From: a bacterium
Lineage (GTDB): Bacteria > Hinthialibacterota > Hinthialibacteria > Hinthialibacterales > Hinthialibacteraceae
Assembly (NCBI GenBank): GCA_963662285.2
Contig: CAXXMV010000006.1
Span: forward strand, 288,001 to 352,000
Direction: 5' to 3'
Length of the DNA: 64,000 nucleotides
Shown: positions 10,201 through 18,500 of the stretch, piece after piece
Position numbering within the stretch: the first letter of the stretch is position 1
Layout of the letters: each line of letters starts with the position of its first letter
Position numbers and translations under genes: made by a program
Notes under the pieces: model-generated
Told to the model about the DNA's origin: nothing
The model's input: the letters and a program-made list of their open reading frames with translations, nothing else
Databases searched by the model: none

Positions 10201-11813
10201 CTAATCAATGGTCTTCCCTATTATTAACTGTTCAAACTGATTATCCAACTTTTGATTTATTTGAAGTGAACCTGTCTCATTATGGAAACCAGAAAATTAA
10301 AGGTGTTGGACTCAAACATCGCGTCATCCAGTTTTACACAGTCTTAGCAGCATCAAAAATTATAAAAACGTTCATCCCGGATAAATACAGTCTGCTTCAA
10401 CCGTCCTCATTTGAATTACCATCAATCCCGGACAATTGTTTTCTTGCTTACTACCCGGATAGAAAAAAAGACTCCAATCAATATACATCCAATACCATGC
10501 CCTGCTCTCATACAATGGACGGTGTTCAAGATGATATTAAAACCAAGGAGATCGTATTAACCAATGATTCATGGCCACTGATTGATTCACTTAACCACAA
10601 CGCGCAGCTGCATCAACTACAATTCCATGACATAACATTGATCGAGCGTATCATTCAAAACAAAAAATATCGTCCAAAGATAACCTGGAAATTACTTTGC
10701 GATGTATACAGTCTGCCATTCCATAAGCTGCCATCATCCGACATATATCAACTCTTGCCAATTTATGAGAAGCAATTAGACCAGATTCAAAAACAGGGGT
10801 TACAAAAGATCGTTAACCTGGAAAAACAGGCAACCCGCGTATTAAGCAAGATCGATCATCACGGGTTGACTATTGATGCTGATAAAATCCCTGATGATAC
10901 AAAGCAAACAACCATTGTGGGTATCAAGAAAGCCCTGCAAACAAAGAATGGAGTGACCAAGTACTTTTATCGAAGCAAGGTGATTGGTGCTCATACAGGA
11001 CGCATACAGACTCCTATTTCAAGTTTGCTAAAAAAACCTGAGATTCGTGCAATGATCAAAGCGCCAAAGGGATACAAATTGATTGAAGCCGACTACAAAG
11101 CGTTTGAACCTCGTATTCTCATGGGGTTAGCGAATGATGAAAGAGGCATTGAATTATTCAATAATGGCAAAGATTTATACAGAGAATTGGCAGCAATGAT
11201 GGGAGTTGCAACGGATCAATTGAGTTTGTATCGATCTGTATTCAAAACGGTGGTTAATGCCATTCATAACGGAGGCAACGAATATACTATCCGTAATATT
11301 CTCAGAGCAAACTATCCTGACCTTGAAGCGCAAGCCCAACAAATTTACGACGTGTATTTTCAAATGTTCGCCAATATCCGACCTTGGTTTATTTCAACGA
11401 TTTCTCAAGCAAGGTCATCTTGTGAGATTCGTACTCACATGGGGCGACGGTTACTTGTTGATGAAGCAACCAGAGATGGAACGATTGTTAACTTCCCGAT
11501 TCAAGGTAATGCTTCAGATATTTTCAAATTGGCGCTGATTGAACTGGATAAGCAACTTGATGAATCGAATGCCCGTATAATCCACACTCTGCATGATGCA
11601 ATTCTGTTGGAAGTGAGATCTGATCTGGTATATGAAACAGCTCGCATAGTCCGTACTACCATGAACAATGCTTTTGCAGAGATAATTTCCAATATTAAGT
11701 CTGATGTTGAAATTATATGTGGTGATGACTGGGGGCATTGTACAACGCTGACAACTCCATCCTTAACAGACCATCTTCTTCCTTATGTAACTCAACTCAA
11801 GATTAGTGCGTAA
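7269..11813 (+). CDS. Multidomain replicase: AEP-like primase + Zn ribbon + SF2 helicase + family A DNA polymerase
   Basis: LYMDID and ATGGTGFR (AEP-like motifs I/II); CPVC...CHGGNC; ATPGSGKT, ILDE, LDATA, QSIHRIR (SF2); C-x17-CNSC-x5-C cluster; ADYKAFEPRIL, RSVFK, NFPIQGNASDIFK, LHDAI (PolA motifs A/B/C). Confidence 0.8.
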   Translation: MLMNKISITPKDCLRQNGPYQPVDRDDYINHLEQSKPQLHSGDTAIYIKREILIDNDPAYFLYMDIDGEGNNEREKIKSAISQACMVTRILKKIAVYGNCMYIATGGTGFRVVSNLVVSKEYYDAYINFLEAEMSFLDFKPIRDIKQPHQLFAYRGNINQTSKPPVDRHSMIVNPSRILDNTFTVDDYLRETNSNPDPVDYIFYLETFLRFIRLNTTHGNLLNTLNQYLSPSSKFNFHLTDLTFIHKYQKSMALEEMSELLTENDINHKIENRGSRMAISFKNIECPVCGKRTVNAWAYPPHYTLRCHGGNCPANQGMPFHEWSKIDLQISNHAGQWSSPLWMNPTDYVDMAVAQNAITDELNKAADSIISATPGSGKTYLACKYLAQISESKLVLYSCRNRDQKEEAYQQYISMNPILPGHLLSSRDELCSQKDKLKSVANRGYPPAQYVCNSCPDRDGCQYYQERSNIKAGVYFCTHAMLPYLKKQFKDVDLVILDENLQEGLLNKYTCRMTDMQKLLGVLSNKCLATVTAIIDLANEIVNHYFKSGSQYTKLLLGDDIKMNSSEVKPDTILNILAKSFNETVDETKDRIKQVIKQLSASTLFRKNIDYKTKYWLKGLVEDGIFSYFQVGEQGAAFSYKSISTFPFTGATVKVLDATAVTQVVNRLLARTIVPTTIHVKWEGERIHFKRSASRVSMRGMTDKELKALLTKMIATISSQKVMVLTYDFMRTKIMEMCSAIDPSKEYVGFYYHGPRGINEFESCSAVMAIGLPYENPNESIQDSLILLDSDEAEDLSCYWTEMRMASELYQSIHRIRPIRTNNPEIVLASKIWPKCLGQPTNVIDQSKRMNRVESCVQRIKSIIDKVGFFNQDIGFALNMYVKTKVAQYNKFRSKVLGFVEDTTWCKVNSDAVHGKIIRSSFCADVNINVLYMMDIDKRLIIPIYNTKRDDYPFTNVLPDLKNIISSHNNDTTITLTSNQWSSLLLTVQTDYPTFDLFEVNLSHYGNQKIKGVGLKHRVIQFYTVLAASKIIKTFIPDKYSLLQPSSFELPSIPDNCFLAYYPDRKKDSNQYTSNTMPCSHTMDGVQDDIKTKEIVLTNDSWPLIDSLNHNAQLHQLQFHDITLIERIIQNKKYRPKITWKLLCDVYSLPFHKLPSSDIYQLLPIYEKQLDQIQKQGLQKIVNLEKQATRVLSKIDHHGLTIDADKIPDDTKQTTIVGIKKALQTKNGVTKYFYRSKVIGAHTGRIQTPISSLLKKPEIRAMIKAPKGYKLIEADYKAFEPRILMGLANDERGIELFNNGKDLYRELAAMMGVATDQLSLYRSVFKTVVNAIHNGGNEYTIRNILRANYPDLEAQAQQIYDVYFQMFANIRPWFISTISQARSSCEIRTHMGRRLLVDEATRDGTIVNFPIQGNASDIFKLALIELDKQLDESNARIIHTLHDAILLEVRSDLVYETARIVRTTMNNAFAEIISNIKSDVEIICGDDWGHCTTLTTPSLTDHLLPYVTQLKISA

Positions 11814-12147
11814 TAAATTTCTTGACGATACCTCATATTCTGTATTTGCCGCCATGCATAATGTGATCGTCTCCAGCCAGAACGTTCAATACAGGTGATT
11901 TATAGACGGTTTACGGGTGCTTGCGGGAGATGCTCTATAATACCAAATTATTAGCAACATCGCCATGCCGGTTGATTTTTGAGTCTCTGATACATGGGCT
12001 GAATAATCATCGTTATCGCCAACCAACGCCGCCTCTCCACCCCTGACATCCAACCGCAATATCTCATTCTCACCTGTCAATTGATCTGTTTGTTTCTGGT
12101 TAAAGACGGATTTTATTCTGGAATCTAAACTGGTTTCTTTGTCGTAA

Positions 12148-12273
12148 TTTTTTTTAAGGACAAATTAAAAAACAAACAACACATTACGAATTGATACTCA
12201 TTCAGCAGCCAAACTGACCATACGGTTGGTATGGAATATCAAACCATTATTTTTTTTGAGGACAAATAAGAAA
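12148..12273 (+). repeat. Imperfect direct repeat T8-RAGGACAAAT-A-rich, about 100 bp apart, upstream of the RHH gene
   Basis: tttttttaaggacaaattaaaa (~12148-12170) and tttttttgaggacaaataagaa (~12250-12272). Confidence 0.45.
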
Positions 12274-12310
12274 TACTTAATAATGCATCAATAAAAGGAG
12301 GTGATTTTAA

Positions 12311-12472
12311 TTGAAACCAAAGATTCATACAGTAGGAATCACTTTTTATACATCACAAAAGCTATATGACATGGTCAAAGAATACTCAGATTTGAAACTG
12401 ATCAGTAATTCTGAGTTAATTCGTATTGCTATCGAGTATTACTTTTCAGCGATAGACAAAAATAATAAGTAA
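12311..12472 (+). CDS. Small ribbon-helix-helix (CopG-like) DNA-binding protein, 53 aa
   Basis: AAAGGAGGTG RBS, TTG start; MKPKIHTVGITFYTSQKLYDMVKEYSDLKLISNSELIRIAIEYY... has the beta-alpha-alpha pattern with SELIR.AI. Below the ORF-track cutoff. Confidence 0.7.
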   Translation: MKPKIHTVGITFYTSQKLYDMVKEYSDLKLISNSELIRIAIEYYFSAIDKNNK

Positions 12473-12486
12473 AGAGGAGATACAAA

Positions 12487-13185
12487 ATGGAAGCAAGCAG
12501 TTTCGAACAAAAAATGGGATTGATGGATGTTAACGAAGGCGCTGAATATTCAGAGGAAGAATTATTTAGTAATCAAATTGAGGATAATAAAATGATGAAT
12601 ACAAAAATCACAGAAGTATTAGAAACGAAGGATAACAATGGCGCCAGCGCAGTTACTGATTTTCGCTATGACAAAGATCATATAGCGGCAGTGCTTGAAT
12701 ACTGCGCCAAAGGCCTTCGTGAAGGTGGAATCGTCATAAATGATAGTAAGTCTGCTTCCCAAAAGATAGTTCAGGACGCATCGGTTCAATCGAAAGCGCT
12801 CGTTAATAACAGTGGGATAGTACAAAACACTAATATCGAAGCAGCGGCAAAAAGGCAACCATATCGATTGAAAGCAGAAATTTTTGATGTTCAAGTTAAA
12901 CTGGATACAAAATCCGGGAAAGAATATGTTCAGTGGGGTTTGATACCTATTGATCTTGATGCTCCTCAGGATAAATATTGGCAAATAACAAGGGTTGATT
13001 GCAAAGATAACAACAGTTATCTGAAAGATAATTTATCCATCTGCGGTTATCCTAATGCAACAGTGGATGATTTGAAAAAACCAGATTTCGTACAGCAATT
13101 GATTGGAATTCAGGTTTGTATAAAGGTCAAACCAAGTATTGGAGATTATTGGAATACATGCATCGAAAGGAGATTCTATAAATAA
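12487..13185 (+). CDS. Hypothetical protein with C-terminal DUF669-like OB-fold (putative SSB)
   Basis: AEIFDVQVKLDTKSGKEYVQWGL...LKDNLSICG...QLIGIQVCIKVK; paralogous pattern to the next ORF. Confidence 0.55.
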   Translation: MEASSFEQKMGLMDVNEGAEYSEEELFSNQIEDNKMMNTKITEVLETKDNNGASAVTDFRYDKDHIAAVLEYCAKGLREGGIVINDSKSASQKIVQDASVQSKALVNNSGIVQNTNIEAAAKRQPYRLKAEIFDVQVKLDTKSGKEYVQWGLIPIDLDAPQDKYWQITRVDCKDNNSYLKDNLSICGYPNATVDDLKKPDFVQQLIGIQVCIKVKPSIGDYWNTCIERRFYK

Positions 13186-13357
13186 TGCTTGAAGATCCGA
13201 GAGAGAAAATCTTTCGATACAAGACTCAAGCGCAAATAGCCAGCATTACCCAGAACCGGGATAAGTTAGTAAAAGTACGCACCACTTTGAAGACGAAGAT
13301 AAATAATATTTTTGTCAACTCATGGTGGTGCGTATACTTATTATAGGAGATTAACAA

Positions 13358-13891
13358 ATGAATAAAGAATCAGATAGTACTTTACTTAATCTAAGCGATA
13401 GTACATCAAATGCGAATGATCAAATTATTTTCTACGAAAGCCATTGTTCATATAATAACAATGATAATTCAATTGAAAGGAGTGACTTGATAACTTATCG
13501 AGAAGAATTAGCGAATGTTGATGATTTCTATCAAAAATTGAAGGAAAGAATGACAATTTCTTCTGTTGTAATCCCAAATGGAAAATATACCGTATCGGTT
13601 GTTGCCATGAAACTCAAAAAAACTACTGAGGGATATTTACAATTAGTGTGGACGCTTAAGATCATCGGAAAATTGGAAGAATTAGTGATAGAGCATAAAA
13701 ACAATATAGTTGTTACTTATAAACCCTTAAAACGGCTGATAAAGGATCTCGCAATATTTGGTGTTTCAATAAATAATATTACTGAATTGAATGATCCGAA
13801 ATTCTATAAACAATTTATTGGAAGAAAACTAGAAATAAAAACCAAACAAAAAATTGTAAGTTACAGCACTAATTTCTTGAAAATTCTGTAA
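13358..13891 (+). CDS. DUF669-like putative ssDNA-binding protein
   Basis: IPNGKYTVSVVAMKLKKTTEGYLQLVWTLKII...LIKDLAIFG...FIGRKLEIK. Confidence 0.6.
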   Translation: MNKESDSTLLNLSDSTSNANDQIIFYESHCSYNNNDNSIERSDLITYREELANVDDFYQKLKERMTISSVVIPNGKYTVSVVAMKLKKTTEGYLQLVWTLKIIGKLEELVIEHKNNIVVTYKPLKRLIKDLAIFGVSINNITELNDPKFYKQFIGRKLEIKTKQKIVSYSTNFLKIL

Positions 13892-14830
13892 TAATTGACA
13901 ACAAAAATTCTGTGGATCGAGGCATCGAAAGGAGAATAATGTAAGACGATGCGCAAAGTTCAAATTGAAGAAGGCCAGAGTCGTTTTTATTGAAATAGTT
14001 CTGGTTTTTTTCAACTTTGATATTTCAAATATATTCTCATGCATTTATTCTGTTTGCAGCCAATGGAAAACCCACTTGTTGACCTGTGGGTTTATGCGAC
14101 AATAGTATTGAACAGCATCAGGAACCTTACTACGGGCTTGTATCGTTGCACAGAGGGCGGTGTGGATTCGTTCGCCACAGGCATTACGACAGCGTAAAAA
14201 AAATGGAATTTCAACTTCATGATCCTCTTGTCGGCCAAAAGTGTTTCGTAGTCTTCAGATAAGAGTCACTCCTGCCAATCGTGACGACAAGATAAAATCT
14301 TTTAAAAAGAGAGGATCGCGGCTTGAATCACTTTTATAACGGCTCCTAAGATGACTATTGATTGGGGGAGTAAGATATGGTATAAAGTTAATATCGTCAA
14401 GTTCTTATAGGTGGTCGGATGACATTTGACAGATACAGATGAATTCACCTTGTGTATTCATAAACAGCATCTGTCTATTTTTTCAATATTGTTAATCCAT
14501 TTCAATTGCAATTCATCATAATCTATGTTACCTTTATGTTTGAAAGACATGATAAGTCTCTCTAGATAAATCCTTTAGAGTAATTCTGTCAAATAAAAAG
14601 ATTGTTGAAATGGAATTTCATGGAGATGGTGAATACAACCAATACATCAAGAATAAATGGTCAATTGCATACCTGCCCAATTCTAATAGATGAGTTCAAT
14701 TATAGGTTCAAAGTATCCTAAACTAATAGAAATTTGGTCACACATTTATTGCTCAGTTAAAGGCAGAGGGATTAATGGATTCCTATCTTCTGGAATTACT
14801 CATAAGTCCGTCAAGTCGCAAGGAGGGAAG

Positions 14831-15400
14831 ATGTTATTTAGATTAAACAAACGAAGCAAATGCTCTATGAAAACTCTAGAAGCATTGTTCCGTGACTTGC
14901 GCAACCAGAGTGTTAAAGGTCTTCTGTCACAACAAACCGATATGCTTCGAACCTATATGAAGCATGTTGATGCTACAGACGTAGCAATGCAGATGCCAAC
15001 GGGAAGTGGAAAAACCTTAGTCGGGCTTCTTATTGCCGATAACAACACTGACGAAAATGCTGGTCCAGATCCATGGTGGGTTCTTGGAGAAGATAAGAGA
15101 ATCGTATTTGAAGATTATACTGACTGTAAAGAAGATGCAGATATCTCTGCAAGAAAAGTTCGACAAGCAACTGGACATCCTACTTTGTTAAATCAACAAG
15201 AGGCATATCAAATTATCTTATTCCATCCAATCATATTGTCACCTGCTCGAAGTCTAAGTAAAAGTGCTAGACCACTTTCGTCAGAAATATATTACCGGGA
15301 GAAAGACGATTTTACAAATGGGCACAGGATGCAATTGCAGTTGTTCGAGAACTCTGAAGAACATTCCCTGGTCAAGGTGATGTGGAATGACGCTCAGTAG
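14831..15400 (+). pseudogene. Internally deleted SF2 helicase-nuclease (possibly Hna-like)
   Basis: AGGAGGG RBS; Q-motif and MPTGSGKTLVGLLIA join directly to GPDPWW...VFED...RQA (C-terminal PD-(D/E)XK-like); no DExH or motif VI. Confidence 0.65.
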
Positions 15401-15540
15401 CTAAAGAATCATATACTCAGAACAAGATTGATCCGGAGGGCATATTAGCAAAAGCCATACAAACAGAACTCTCCTCTCTGCTGCCTGATTAAGAACACAA
15501 GCAGGAGTGTTATTCAGAATTTGATACGGAGAAAAACGTG

Positions 15541-18500
15541 ATGGACGTATTTGAATTGCACAAAGGCTTAATTGCTGATTACGCTGCATATACTAAGAGT
15601 TTTATTCGAATTGCAGATAAACGAATCAGTGATTCAGTAGACCAGGAAATACGTGGAGGCTTGTTATGGCCTGAACCACTTCTTCAATTAAATCCTTCGT
15701 TTGAACCAGGGGCAAATATTGATGACTTGATTAAGGAGGAAATCCTCCATGAAGACTGCGGGAAGATTTTCCGAATTAAAAAAGACGAAAATGATTTCGG
15801 AATTCCTTTGAGGCTTCATCGTCACCAAGATACGGCAATTCGAATCGCTTCAAGAGATGAACCATACGTTTTAACGACAGGAACGGGATCGGGGAAAAGC
15901 CTGTCTTATATAATTCCTGCAGTTGATTACATTCTTAAAACCGGATCAGGAAAAGGAATCATAGCAATCGTAGTCTATCCTATGAATGCACTGGCTAACA
16001 GTCAGCGCGAAGAACTCGATAAGTTTTTGAGTCGTGGTTTCGATGCTGATTCTATTCCAGTGACTTATGCGCGATATACAGGTCAAGAAGGAGAGCAGGA
16101 ACGCGAACGTATTCTTCAGCATCCACCAGACATCCTACTCACCAACTATGTGATGCTAGAACTCATCCTCACGCGCATTGAAGAACGAAAACTTGTAGAA
16201 CACGCTGGGAATGTTCGATTTCTTGTTTTTGATGAGTTGCATACCTATCGAGGGCGTCAGGGCGCTGACGTTGCTATGTTAATCAGACGTTGCCGAGAAT
16301 CATTTCAGAGTAAATCAATGCATTGTGTTGGAACCTCAGCGACAATGGCATCTACTGGTTCATCATTAGAACAAGCCCAGATTGTCGCAGAGATTTCTTC
16401 AAAAATTTTCGGTGAATTAGTACCTGTACAAAATGTAATCGGCGAAACATTAAGACGAACGACACAGGAATTCAATTTTTCTGATGAGTCCATAATATCT
16501 TCACTTCGTAATACAATGTTACTGCAAACAATACCAACGACACAATATGAGGATTTTCAAAATCTTCCGTTAGCGTCATGGATCGAAGAAACATTTGGTC
16601 TATGTCGAGAGCAAGATACAAATAAACTAGTTCGACAAACTCCTCAGCCTGTCAGAGGAGAAGAAGGGGCATCATCCCACTTAGCGGAACTTACGGGGAC
16701 AGAGACAACGTTATGTGAAAAAGCGATTCAGAAATATCTAGACGCAGGGAGCCATTGTCGCCATCCTGAAACAGATTTACCAGTCTTTGCTTTCCGCCTT
16801 CACCAATTTATTAGTCGTGGAGATACGGTCTGGGCATCACTGGAGCCTGAAGACAACCGTATTATTACCTTAAAAGCACAACAATATGTTCCAGGTGATC
16901 GTAATAAAATTCTTCTTCCATTGGTATTCTGCAGACACTGTGGTCAACCATACTATCGAGTTGATCGTCCTGCCAGGGGACAAGAAGGACCAATTATTCC
17001 CCGCGAAGAATATGCAATAAGTGTTTCAGATGATCTTGAATCTGGTTATCTCTACATCTCAGATGATCACCCATGGACCGGTGAAGCCGATGATGTACTA
17101 GACCGAATCCCTGAAGAATGGATTGAGATTCATCGTGGCGAGAGACGAATCAAGAGAAATCAACCAGTCCCGGAAGTAATGAGAATTGGAACAAATGGTG
17201 AAGAAGACGCACATGGATTAGTCACAGCTTTTGTTAAAGCACCTTTTCGCTTTTGTCTGAATCCGGCTTGTCGTGTAACTTATAACGCACGTCAAAGATC
17301 CGATGTAACTAAACTTGCAACAATAGGTGTTGATGGCAGGAGCACAGCAACAACGATTCTTGCCTTATCAACAATACTTAAATTGCGCATAGATGAATCT
17401 TTAGAGCCTACAGCAAGAAAACTACTAAGTTTTACAGATAATCGCCAAGATGCCTCTCTGCAAGCAGGCCATTTCAACGATTTTGTTGAAGTTGGGCTGA
17501 TTCGTTCCGCACTTTATCGAGCGATGAGTAAGATGGGGCCAAAAGGGCTCAAATATGACGAATTAGTACAGCATGTTGAACAAGCAATTAATCTCCCTAC
17601 TTATCTCTATGCAAATGATTCCGAACTACGAGGACCAGCATTGGAAGAAACACGAAGAGCATTACGCTCAGTTCTTTCATACTATGTTTACAGAGACCTT
17701 CAACGAGGTTGGCGAGTTACATCACCGAACTTAGAGCAATGTGGCCTTCTCGAATTTGAATATCTTGGAATTGATGATCTAGTAAACGATCAACAGTATT
17801 GGCAAGAAAAAGAAGCGCACCCAATGCTTGTTGCCGCGACTTCTGAACAGCGAAAAAATATTATTCGAATATTACTTGATCATATACGTAGAAGTCTTGT
17901 AGTCAAAGAAGATGCGTTGAACTCAAATTATCAAGAACGGATATGCGAACAAAGCAGACAACGTTTATGTGAACCTTGGGTCATTGAGGATTCGCGTGAC
18001 ATGGTTCAATCTGGTGTTGCTTGGCCACGTGGACGAATTGATCGAGAACGCTCAGAGGATATTTGTATATCTTCTCGAAGCAATTTTGGATTACTGCTTC
18101 GAAAAAGAGGCATCTTACCCGATTTAGGTGATCCTTTGTCACTTGAAACTATAGGGGAAATTATTCCCGATTTATTCCGCTGTTTGAAACCATGGGGTTT
18201 AGTTGAAGAAGTTCGTTCAGCTCCAGATAAAAGTGATGTCCCAGGTTATCAATTACCTGCTTCTATTATGATATGGAAACCTGGAGATGGTACAAATCCA
18301 ATGGTTGATCCTCTCCGAATAATTCAGCAGAGTGAAGTTGAAACAGAGGGAAATAAGTACTTTGTCGAATTTTACAAAACATTTGCGGATATTGGGGCAG
18401 GGCTTGAAGGTCGTGAGCATACGGCACAAGTGCAATCTGATGCACGGTTAGATAGAGAAGAACGTTTCAGGAAGGCAGAACTGCCTATTCTTTTCTGTTC

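Noticed and set aside
11886-12080. 64-aa minus-strand ORF
   Set aside because: No RBS or recognisable motif; possibly a remnant
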